Positions 33,441 through 42,298 of a stretch of DNA of 43,931 nt are shown here, piece by piece. This DNA is from a virus (taxonomy: Duplodnaviria; Caudoviricetes), in IMG/VR virus record IMGVR_UViG_3300011335_000766, positions 1 through 43,931 of that record; one strand, given 5' to 3'. The position numbers and the translations under genes are program-made. The notes under the pieces were generated by a model. The model was not told the origin of the DNA, did not search any database, and saw only the letters and a program-made list of their open reading frames with translations. Positions within the stretch are counted from its first letter, which is position 1; each line of letters begins with the position of its first letter.

Positions 33441-34725
33441 GTCTTTGTGTTTGGCTCCCTGGGTACACACTTATCTTTCTCCACAGACCGAGCGGCGTAT
33501 GTGCTGTGCATCAAGAGAACCTGCACAGAATTTCCAACAATACATTGATACTGAATCAGGAACCGGAACCTATATTCCTATCACACTAGAACAGCATTGG
33601 AACGGCGAGCACATGAGATCAGTGCGGCGTCGTATGATGGCCGGTGAAAGATTGCCCGAGTGTGAAGTGTGCAACGATCAACTGCTAAACACCGATGTAT
33701 ATCGCACATACTTTGGCCAACTATTTGAACATAAATACTCCGCAATTTTAGAACAAACTGATGCAACTGGTCGCACCACGATGCAACCGGTGAGTTGGGA
33801 TTACAGATTCAGCAATCTATGCAATTTCAAATGCAGAACATGTGGAGACATGTTGAGCAGTAGTTGGGAGTCAGAACAAAAGACACACCACATGGTCAAC
33901 TGGAGTAATCCTAAGAATAACTGGATGCGGCCCGAAGTAAGACAACAGATAAGTCAATTCCAAGATACGCAGATTGAACAAGAGTTTAGTGATGCTGTAG
34001 AACAGCACAGAGTAGAAGAAGTATATTGGGTGGGTGGCGAGCCGTTGATGTATGAGCAGCATTGGCGCTACATGCAACGCATAGTAGAACTAGGGGATGG
34101 ACCAAGGGTATATGCTAGATATAATACAAACTTATCCAGGGTGGATTATCACGGGATCAATCTTTATCGCGACATTCTTCCTGGGCTACGAGATTGGCAG
34201 ATATGTGCAAGTCTCGACGGGACAGGAGCAATTGGAGAATACATTAGAACAGGCCTTGACTATGATCGATGGCTTGATAACTTCGGTAAAGCAGTGGCGA
34301 TACGAAGTCACCCTCGTCAAGTCAGAATTGACTTTACGCTCACTCTGCCCGGAATGTTCGAAGTTGGCGCGATTACAGAACTCGCTAGACAATTCGGCGT
34401 AGATATCCTGGCCAAAGTAATCTTTAGTTTCTCACCTGATATTGTTATGAGTCCATTGGCATTGCCTAGGCATTTACTAGAACCTTGGTTAGACGAACTG
34501 ATAGCAGATACACACGGTGCCATGCAGGCAGTGTTGATACAACTAAAAAATCGCCCTACATTCGACGAACAATGGCCCAACGAATACCGATCTGCTCTTG
34601 CTCAAGGCCGTGATCGTGTGTTACAATTAGAACAGATAAGAACACAACCGATAACTATGACCGATATCCTGTCAGCCAGGCCTGATGTATTAAAATGGTG
34701 GATGGAAATTGCTGAATTCAATTGA
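33427..34725 (+). CDS. Radical SAM protein with N-terminal auxiliary Fe-S region #6
   Basis: CNFKCRTC, VGGEP, YNTN and ASLDG; N-terminal CLAPW...MCC...CEVC. Confidence 0.88.
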   Translation: MQKPESLCLAPWVHTYLSPQTERRMCCASREPAQNFQQYIDTESGTGTYIPITLEQHWNGEHMRSVRRRMMAGERLPECEVCNDQLLNTDVYRTYFGQLFEHKYSAILEQTDATGRTTMQPVSWDYRFSNLCNFKCRTCGDMLSSSWESEQKTHHMVNWSNPKNNWMRPEVRQQISQFQDTQIEQEFSDAVEQHRVEEVYWVGGEPLMYEQHWRYMQRIVELGDGPRVYARYNTNLSRVDYHGINLYRDILPGLRDWQICASLDGTGAIGEYIRTGLDYDRWLDNFGKAVAIRSHPRQVRIDFTLTLPGMFEVGAITELARQFGVDILAKVIFSFSPDIVMSPLALPRHLLEPWLDELIADTHGAMQAVLIQLKNRPTFDEQWPNEYRSALAQGRDRVLQLEQIRTQPITMTDILSARPDVLKWWMEIAEFN

Positions 34726-35746
34726 AATAGATCTTCGCAACAAAAATAATCATGTGTTGACCGTATACATTGATGTGGAGGATAACAGTCTCTCACGAAA
34801 GTGGCTTTCAGCATTGAGCCATTTGATTGCTCACAATTATCATCTAGAAAAAAACTACTGTTGGTTAGGATGGGCAGAAGGTGATCGATCTCTAGAATAT
34901 ATCTGTGGTGAAATCAACCGTAGTATCTCAGAGATCAACTCAGCCGATCTTGGATATCAGATTGATGATGAGTTTACTCCGGCAAATACTGTGGCAGATG
35001 ATCTTGGTGTTGACCATGCTCATATGAATCAACTGCACAGGTATTTTGAAGACCTACAAGGCGTGTCAGGAGCAATGAGTCCTTACTACACAGCCGCTGA
35101 TTCAGTCACACGCTGGCACATACGACAGTTGAACCTGTTATGCCATGAGCATGAAAGTTTGGTATTGAGCATGCGTAAGTTAAAACAAGCACCCGAATGG
35201 TGCAGGCCATCACAACTGATGTGCTGGCTACAGTCACCAAGATTTGCATTAGAAACTGAGGATTATGAACTGTTTGGTATAGAAACTATCAACAGATCGC
35301 TAGGTGGAGTTTATGTGGGCGTAAATAAAGCAGTGGGCAAACATCATTGGGAAGTATTCAACGACGAAGGCCGAGACAGTCGGGTGGGCGAACTTGTGAC
35401 CAGTAGTTTGAAATCACAGTCCGAAGCCGCTGGAGATTTTGACATCGAATGGGGAAGAAATCCAGCAGCATATCCTTGGCAGATCAAGGAACTGGATGAG
35501 TTCAGAACCTGGCTGATAGAAAATGGATTTGATCCAGATGATAAATCATTGACCATTGGCCATCCCAAAGTTGCTCAAGTAGATCTCATGCGTAGCTTTG
35601 GGACGACAGATTACAATCTCATATGGAATCAATTGGCCGACCATCTAGATGTTTATAAAATAAGAATCAACAACACTGAGGCTACATACGAGTATCGCTG
35701 GAGCGACCCGGACTACCAGCAACAACAAATAAGGAATATGCTATGA
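34709..35746 (+). CDS. Hypothetical protein within the modification cluster
   Basis: 345-aa ORF (TTG start) overlapping both neighbours. It has His-containing helical motifs (NQLHRYFE, LNLLCHEHE) but no family was recognised. Confidence 0.75.
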   Translation: MLNSIEIDLRNKNNHVLTVYIDVEDNSLSRKWLSALSHLIAHNYHLEKNYCWLGWAEGDRSLEYICGEINRSISEINSADLGYQIDDEFTPANTVADDLGVDHAHMNQLHRYFEDLQGVSGAMSPYYTAADSVTRWHIRQLNLLCHEHESLVLSMRKLKQAPEWCRPSQLMCWLQSPRFALETEDYELFGIETINRSLGGVYVGVNKAVGKHHWEVFNDEGRDSRVGELVTSSLKSQSEAAGDFDIEWGRNPAAYPWQIKELDEFRTWLIENGFDPDDKSLTIGHPKVAQVDLMRSFGTTDYNLIWNQLADHLDVYKIRINNTEATYEYRWSDPDYQQQQIRNML

Positions 35747-35844
35747 ATTGGATCAAAAGAATGTGGGCAAAGATCACATTGGAAATTCGCTATCGTAAAA
35801 AACTTCGAGAACTTCGTAAACGCGATCCTTTTATCTACAAATGA
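35743..35844 (+). CDS. 33-aa basic small protein (absent from ORF track)
   Basis: Hand translation: MNWIKRMWAKITLEIRYRKKLRELRKRDPFIYK*. ATGA overlaps at both ends bridge the two neighbours exactly, and AAGGA lies upstream. Confidence 0.8.
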   Translation: MNWIKRMWAKITLEIRYRKKLRELRKRDPFIYK

Positions 35845-37316
35845 ACTACATAGGTATATCTGCTGGATTCCATGATGCTGCTGTAAGTGTGGTTAATCAG
35901 GCTGGTGATATATTGTTTGCTGCTCACAGCGAACGCTATAGTAAGAGAAAGCACGACAAGGATCTCTGCGAAGATCTGCTATTAGATGCTTTGAGACATA
36001 CAGATTCCGCTCGACTAGAATATCATTACTACGAGCGCCCTTGGATCAAAGCCATGCGACAACTACGCAGTGGTGAAGGGTTCTCTTGGCCGTCGTGGGA
36101 TCGACTGCTCGGGTCAACATACAACATCATGGGTAGACCCAAGATACACACTCATGGCCATCACTTGTGCCACGCAGCAGGGGGATTCCAAACCAGCTCA
36201 TTTGATGATGCCACAATTGTGGTGATAGATGCCATAGGAGAGTTTGATACTGTAACTATTTGGGATGCCTGGTATGAAAACGGCCGAGCACGATACAAGA
36301 AAGTATGGAGCCTGCGATATCCTGATTCAATCGGCTTGTTCTATTCGGCTATGACTGCCCGTGTGGGGCTAAAACCCATGGATGAAGAATACATACTCAT
36401 GGGCATGGCAGCATATGGAGAACCTGTGTATCTTGACGAGATACGGAAGCAACTGCTAGATCTATCAAACGGATTACACTTTAAAAAGAATCTACACATT
36501 GGTGTAGACGATGATTTCTTGCCCATGGCTGATCCTGCAAACATTGCCAGCACAGCACAATTTCTAGTAGAGAGCATGATACGAGATGTTCTACAAAAGG
36601 CCAGAGAGCACGGGCGTAGCCGTAATCTAGTGTATGGCGGTGGTGTGGCATTGAATTGCCTGGCCAATCGATTCTTAGGACAATACTATGAAAAAATTTG
36701 GATCATGCCTAATCCGGGGGATGCTGGCAATAGTCTCGGTGCTAGTTGTTTGGCTCATGGTGGCCGTGTTAATTGGCGAGACTGTTTTCTGGGGCATAAT
36801 ATACCCGGTGCTTACCCGGTAAACGAGATCTTGGATCATCTAGTCACAAATAAGATAGTAGGAGTGGCATCAGGGCGTGCTGAGTTCGGACCAAGAGCCC
36901 TGGGCAATCGTAGTCTATTAGCTGATCCACGAGGACATTCAATTAAGAGCCGGGTGAATGAGATCAAACGACGACAAAAGTTCCGCCCATTTGCACCTGT
37001 GATACTTGAGGAATACGCAGCAGAATACTTTTATATGCCGCCTAACTTCGATACCAGCCCATACATGCAGGTCGTGGCCGACTGCCGCAATCCAGAACTA
37101 TTTCCTGCTATCGTACATGTGGATGGCACCAGCAGAGTACAGACTGTGCCCCGAGATGGCTCGGGTATTCGACAACTGTTAGAAAAATGGTATGTTATGA
37201 CCGGATGCCCTATGCTGCTAAACACCAGTCTCAACATTCGTGGGGAGCCTATGGTCAACGATCGAAAGGATGCAGATCGATTCCAACGGTGCTATCAAGT
37301 CAAGGTGTGTAGTTGA
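35841..37316 (+). CDS. O-carbamoyltransferase, NodU/CmcH/TobZ family
   Basis: GISAGFHDAA, ERYS, HHLCHAA, IDAIGE, GGVALNC, GDAG, EFGPRALGNRS, RPFAP, HVDGTSRVQTV and LNTSLN..GEP. Confidence 0.93.
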   Translation: MNYIGISAGFHDAAVSVVNQAGDILFAAHSERYSKRKHDKDLCEDLLLDALRHTDSARLEYHYYERPWIKAMRQLRSGEGFSWPSWDRLLGSTYNIMGRPKIHTHGHHLCHAAGGFQTSSFDDATIVVIDAIGEFDTVTIWDAWYENGRARYKKVWSLRYPDSIGLFYSAMTARVGLKPMDEEYILMGMAAYGEPVYLDEIRKQLLDLSNGLHFKKNLHIGVDDDFLPMADPANIASTAQFLVESMIRDVLQKAREHGRSRNLVYGGGVALNCLANRFLGQYYEKIWIMPNPGDAGNSLGASCLAHGGRVNWRDCFLGHNIPGAYPVNEILDHLVTNKIVGVASGRAEFGPRALGNRSLLADPRGHSIKSRVNEIKRRQKFRPFAPVILEEYAAEYFYMPPNFDTSPYMQVVADCRNPELFPAIVHVDGTSRVQTVPRDGSGIRQLLEKWYVMTGCPMLLNTSLNIRGEPMVNDRKDADRFQRCYQVKVCS

Positions 37317-38487
37317 TACGATCCACAACCACTTGCAGTCTGTGAGCCATGCCTGCGCGAAATACCTGAGCATTATGCTGTATCTCGGGTGCAAGATCCT
37401 GATATAGACGATGTAAATTATCCTGCCCGGATTGTATCAATGACTTGGTAAGATCTAGCACAGCTTCAAATCGATCTTGATTATTACTGTTTGAATCATA
37501 ACTTTCATCTATACAACGACCAAAAGTCTGATATCCAAGGTCGCGCAGGTGTCGGAGATGATCTGCAGAACTTACCATTACAAAAAATTGATTGTTGAAT
37601 ATGGGTTTGAATGTTTTTTCTGTGATAAATTGCCCACCAGAGTCGTCCACATCGATCATGGTCTCTAACACAATGTTGAAATAACTGTCAGTATACAAGT
37701 CGGCCATGTTCTGATTGTAGGTATTATGAGCGCGGGTATCTAGATCATCTACACGGAATGGGCCAGCGGCAATAAACTGATCTACCCTGGATTGGCATTT
37801 AGCGAGATAACTGTTTCTCAATGCACATCCATAATAATCGTCCTCCCCGCCTAACAAGTGTTGAGTGTAACTGAAGTAACCTTGTTTGTGTAAGCCATGA
37901 CTCCATAGATCGCTCATAAACACCTTGCGCCAAAGTTTATCTATCCTGCACAGTCCGGTATAGGCGCGTGATCTTGGATTGAGATGATATTGAGCATTTG
38001 AATTTCTATCCACTGTACGCCAATACATGAATTCTAGTTCAGGCCAATACACTGAGTTCGGATATTGATCAGCAGAAGAATTGCCTGAAATCAACCATGT
38101 CATTTCTTTGTCTATGCCATGCTGTTCGCAAAGCGTGTTTAATCGATCTCGGATGCGCCCAGGATGATCGCCTTCATGATAGGTAAACACCAGTTTCATT
38201 TCTTTTGATTTTATTTTAGCCATGGCATCGGTGCTGATCTGAGAGATATAGTCTTGACCGAAATCAAACCATCCTGATACCATTGGGTACCATGCGCCAC
38301 AAGGAGCATCTTTGGTTGATACAACTTGATTGGGGATTTTGCAATCTCCGAGATAGTATATAATGCGAGGAAAATCCAATCTATATCCATCCATGTCATC
38401 AATTTGATCATGCAAGTGTACAGGTATACCGTTGGGCATGGGCCTCCTAGTAATCGGATGCCGATAGTCAACTGCTATGTAAATCAT
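37300..38487 (-). CDS. Putative glycosyltransferase-like protein (TEK family) #2
   Basis: YFNIVLET...FITEKTFKPIFNNQFFV...LRDLGYQTF...IDESYD; paralog of 27150-28256. Confidence 0.5.
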   Translation of the reverse strand: MIYIAVDYRHPITRRPMPNGIPVHLHDQIDDMDGYRLDFPRIIYYLGDCKIPNQVVSTKDAPCGAWYPMVSGWFDFGQDYISQISTDAMAKIKSKEMKLVFTYHEGDHPGRIRDRLNTLCEQHGIDKEMTWLISGNSSADQYPNSVYWPELEFMYWRTVDRNSNAQYHLNPRSRAYTGLCRIDKLWRKVFMSDLWSHGLHKQGYFSYTQHLLGGEDDYYGCALRNSYLAKCQSRVDQFIAAGPFRVDDLDTRAHNTYNQNMADLYTDSYFNIVLETMIDVDDSGGQFITEKTFKPIFNNQFFVMVSSADHLRHLRDLGYQTFGRCIDESYDSNSNNQDRFEAVLDLTKSLIQSGQDNLHRLYQDLAPEIQHNAQVFRAGMAHRLQVVVDRINYTP

Positions 38488-39599
38488 TTAGATAAATGTG
38501 TCTTGATTGATTCTAACATGTCGGTAAGTTCGGCCCATAGCACCGATTCAAACCCGCCTCGGTAGAACCAATTCCAGTTGTGTTCAATCACAGGCCAGCA
38601 GGCTTGGAATAGTTCTTGTTTCTCTTGTTTAGAGAGATCATTTAGTTTTTTTAACACAGCAGCAACCTTTTCGGCTCTGCTCAAGTCGTTAGTGTCAAGA
38701 TCATAACTCTCATCCCAAAAATCTCCAAATGTTTGGAATCCATAACTACGCAAGTATGCAAGACTGCCTGCTGTGGCCGACAGTACAAATGGCATACCCA
38801 ATGCGATGGGTTTAAATGATTTTTCGGTAAGTTGTAACCTACGCCCGGTGTACACAGTTTCTGTAACATGATAAACTAGACTTTCGGCACATGGATCAAA
38901 TTGATCCAACCAACAACTGCTCATCCGAGGAGTATTTTCTCCGGGAAATAGTCTAGGTAGATCTATTTTGTTAATCACATCAACGATGTCAAGATGTTGA
39001 TCTTTATAATTTTGGGCAATTTCACCAATGGAAGTATTCTCTACTGGGCACACAGCACTGGCACTGATCCAATTATCCATAAGACCTAGTCGAGCAAAGT
39101 GATACAACATTAACACTCGATGTTGTCGCAACCCACCAATGATCCGATTGGCACTAAAGAAGGTTTTTTGGATCTTCCTCTCAGTCCAAGGTGTGATTTG
39201 AAAAGTTCGATCATATCCGCGATACCAATCTAATGCAGCCCATCCATGGAAAAAATAATAAAAAGGTTGCAAGTTTCTCTGTTTACATATATAATCTATG
39301 TTGGTACTGTTGGTTTCGCTAACTACTATGACTCCTGTTTTTCTAACATGAGGCCTGAATCTTTGTAGGTTGCTATGATCTAACCGATCCAAGGTTGCTC
39401 GATGAAGATTTGGGATCAAAGGTTCTTGGTCAAAGAAATATATAAAACTTTTTTCTTTATCGTCAACTGATTTATAATTTTGAAGACTGTCTGGGTTGCT
39501 AGATCCAAAAGGGTCATGATAAACCATTCCGGTATGCGGCAAATTTTTTCTTATCCAGGGCAAGAATGTATTTTCGTAGAGCTCATCTATCCTGATCAT
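38484..39599 (-). CDS. Putative glycosyltransferase-like protein (TEK family) #3
   Basis: FFSANR...RQHR...HVTET...LTEKSFKPIALGMPFV...LRSYGFQTF...WDESYD; ATGA overlap with 37300-38487. Confidence 0.5.
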   Translation of the reverse strand: MIRIDELYENTFLPWIRKNLPHTGMVYHDPFGSSNPDSLQNYKSVDDKEKSFIYFFDQEPLIPNLHRATLDRLDHSNLQRFRPHVRKTGVIVVSETNSTNIDYICKQRNLQPFYYFFHGWAALDWYRGYDRTFQITPWTERKIQKTFFSANRIIGGLRQHRVLMLYHFARLGLMDNWISASAVCPVENTSIGEIAQNYKDQHLDIVDVINKIDLPRLFPGENTPRMSSCWLDQFDPCAESLVYHVTETVYTGRRLQLTEKSFKPIALGMPFVLSATAGSLAYLRSYGFQTFGDFWDESYDLDTNDLSRAEKVAAVLKKLNDLSKQEKQELFQACWPVIEHNWNWFYRGGFESVLWAELTDMLESIKTHLSK

Positions 39600-41211
39600 G
39601 TTTGATATATTTTATATTGGAACCAAACCAAATCTGTTTGTACACGAGCAACAGGTCGAATCTATTGAGCAAGCACATCAACGGTCACGCACAAGATTCT
39701 TTTGGATGGTCTCATATTTAGTGGATTATACAGGGTTCGATTTCCTTTATGAACCGCCACCTTGGCAATCACATCAACGCCACACATGGCCTAGCCAATG
39801 GCAAGAGGATTCCGGCACATATCTTGTTCCTACTGCGGGCTACACAGACACAAACTATCACTCCGCTCCACAACTACCAAGAACTTTGGCCACAGCCAAG
39901 TACGAGATCGATCACATGGACGGTGCAGCAGGACAGATACCTGGTGTTGCACGACGAGTAAGATACTTTGACAACTACAGAGACACACTAATCCGATTGG
40001 CTAAGAGCATTGGCACAGAACATGAGTTTGTGTGGGTATGCTCTAGCATCTGCGATTATACCAACTTTGACTTCTCGTGGCATCCTAGTCATTGGCAATA
40101 CAATCTACTTCATGTGTTTGCCAGCGATGAACAAAAGTTTGGAGACACATTCTTCATGCATGTGCCTAGTTTTGCAGCAAAGGCAGAAACTGTGGAGTTG
40201 TTGGACTGGTATGATTGTAACTTTGTTGATATCTCAGTTCCTCGTAGACCTATGCCTGTGATACAACACGACTTAGATAGCCATGTTGATGCAGTAAAAA
40301 CAATGACTTGGAAAGGGCCCCTGGCGTTGTTTGTGACCAATACTAACCCTTCCATATCTCAACCCGCTGTGAATCTTTGGAGAGCAGAAACTAAAACTTT
40401 GATACCATTAGATCCGGGTGCCAATGCAGTGATAGTTCCGCAGTCTGTGGTGCCATATATAAAAACACAATTGTATGATTATGCCTATATAGACAAAACA
40501 AAAAGATCTACACAACCTGCACAGTTACAAGATGTGATTTTTATATCCTATGATGAACCCGAAGCAGAGATTAACTGGAAAAAACTACAAGACAAATGTA
40601 CAAGGGCTAAACGGGTTCATGGTGTACAAGGTATGGAAAACGCATTAGCAGCAGCAGCGGAACTGAGTTCCACTCCGTGGTATTTTTGTGTGTTTGGAAA
40701 AACTGAATTGCATCCTGATTTTGACTTTACTTTCCAGCCTGACTACTTTCAACAGCCAAAGCACTACATTTTTTACAGTGAGAATCGCGTGAACAAGTTA
40801 GTGTATGGAGAGATGGCTGTTATCATGTATAATTGCAATCTCATACTTGATAATCAAAATCAAGAGTTTGGTCTTGATTACACATTGAGCTTCCCCCATG
40901 AAGTCATACCCATCATCAGCACATATGGGAACTTCAACACCAGCCCATATCATACTTGGAGAACAGCATTTAGAGAAGTCAGCAAACTGTACGACATGCA
41001 GGAAAAATCGCCATCCGTTGAAACTGAATATCGTATCAACATATGGGAAACCGTGGCCCAAGGTGATTATGCAGAGTGGGCTCTAACCGGGGCCAAGGAT
41101 GGAAGAGAATTCTATCAAAAATACAAAAATGACTTTGCTTATAGGAAAAATAGCTTCAACTGGCAATGGTTAAGAAACTATTTTTCAACTCTCCACGGAG
41201 AGTTCAATTGA
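39598..41211 (+). CDS. Multidomain protein of tandem degenerate GT-A-like units
   Basis: Repeated units FFWMVS..VDYTGFDFLYEP, FVWVCS..CDYTNFDFSWHP and WYFCVF....LHPDFDFTFQP. The C-terminal unit (DVIFISYDEP...RVHGVQG...TWRTAFREVSK) is homologous to 24865-25779. Confidence 0.6.
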   Translation: MFDIFYIGTKPNLFVHEQQVESIEQAHQRSRTRFFWMVSYLVDYTGFDFLYEPPPWQSHQRHTWPSQWQEDSGTYLVPTAGYTDTNYHSAPQLPRTLATAKYEIDHMDGAAGQIPGVARRVRYFDNYRDTLIRLAKSIGTEHEFVWVCSSICDYTNFDFSWHPSHWQYNLLHVFASDEQKFGDTFFMHVPSFAAKAETVELLDWYDCNFVDISVPRRPMPVIQHDLDSHVDAVKTMTWKGPLALFVTNTNPSISQPAVNLWRAETKTLIPLDPGANAVIVPQSVVPYIKTQLYDYAYIDKTKRSTQPAQLQDVIFISYDEPEAEINWKKLQDKCTRAKRVHGVQGMENALAAAAELSSTPWYFCVFGKTELHPDFDFTFQPDYFQQPKHYIFYSENRVNKLVYGEMAVIMYNCNLILDNQNQEFGLDYTLSFPHEVIPIISTYGNFNTSPYHTWRTAFREVSKLYDMQEKSPSVETEYRINIWETVAQGDYAEWALTGAKDGREFYQKYKNDFAYRKNSFNWQWLRNYFSTLHGEFN

Positions 41212-42298
41212 AAAAATCAAGCACAGCCTGTGCGACTGTATCTACATCCCCGAGATTGAGTTGTGCATGAACTGGAAGACTGATACATCTAGCAGATAGT
41301 CGTTCGCTGTTGGGCAGGCTTACTTTGGGCATGTTTCGATACACAGGCTGTTGATGCATAGCCAAGGGAAATTGGATACCTGCTTGAATTCCTTGATCAT
41401 ACAGAGATTCATAAAGATCATCTCTACGGTCAGATTGGATCACAAATTGATTGTAAACATGACTGCTGACTTGGTTTGATTGTGGTAACTGTATTTTATC
41501 ACAATGTTTGAGTAATTCCATATACCGTTGAGCATGTTCGACTCTTTTCTGATTCCATGTATCTAAAAAATCAAATTTGGCCGACAGTATGGCTGCTTGC
41601 ATAGAATCAAGTCGTTCATTCCATCCCACGATTTCATGTAGATATTTTTCTCTACGGCCGTGATCTCGCAGCATTTTGATGTCAGCGATAAGTTTTTTCT
41701 TGCCAGTAACCGCGCCAGCATCGCCCATGGCTCCTAAGTTTTTTCCTGGATAAAAACTAAAACAAGTTAGATCGGCTTGATTTCCGATCGGTTGCCCTTT
41801 GTATCGGCACCCTGCACTTTGTGCAGCATCTTGGATTAGCGGAATACCGGGTGCTAGGGCTCGCAATCTTTGTAGAGCAATTGTTTGCCCGTAAAGATCA
41901 ACAAAAATGATTGCCCGGGTTTTGTCCGTGATAGCCAGTTTGATCTGATCTAGATCTATAGTGTAATATTGATCAATGTCGACAAAGCGAGGTATAGCAC
42001 CAATCTGGCTAACACATTCAGCTGTGCTAATGAAACTCATGCCGGGAACCACAACTTCATCGCCAGGTTTCACACCAACTGCTAACAAAGACAATGTCAG
42101 CGCACTGGTGCCACTGCTTACTCCTGCACAATCTTCGGCACGAGTGTATTGTTTCCATTTGTCTTCAAAATTCTTAACTTCTATACCACCAATGAACGAA
42201 CTGTTATCAATGCATCGTTTGATCGCAGCATCTATAGATGTTTTAGCCTCTGTGTATTCCTGAAACAAATTTGCGTATGGTATAGTTATTGTCTGCAT
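41204..42298 (-). CDS. DegT/DnrJ/EryC1/StrS family PLP-dependent sugar aminotransferase; start revised from 42319
   Basis: SSGTSAL, GDEVVVP..SFISTA, VDLYGQ, QDAAQSAG, CFSFYPGKNLGAMGDAG (PLP lysine), G.NERLD..QAA and ISLP. Confidence 0.93.
   Translation of the reverse strand: MQTITIPYANLFQEYTEAKTSIDAAIKRCIDNSSFIGGIEVKNFEDKWKQYTRAEDCAGVSSGTSALTLSLLAVGVKPGDEVVVPGMSFISTAECVSQIGAIPRFVDIDQYYTIDLDQIKLAITDKTRAIIFVDLYGQTIALQRLRALAPGIPLIQDAAQSAGCRYKGQPIGNQADLTCFSFYPGKNLGAMGDAGAVTGKKKLIADIKMLRDHGRREKYLHEIVGWNERLDSMQAAILSAKFDFLDTWNQKRVEHAQRYMELLKHCDKIQLPQSNQVSSHVYNQFVIQSDRRDDLYESLYDQGIQAGIQFPLAMHQQPVYRNMPKVSLPNSERLSARCISLPVHAQLNLGDVDTVAQAVLDFFN

Noticed and set aside
39473-39478. TATAAT upstream of the 39598 gene as its promoter
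   Set aside because: There is no credible -35 or extended -10, and it lies in an AT-rich coding stretch, so it may be chance.
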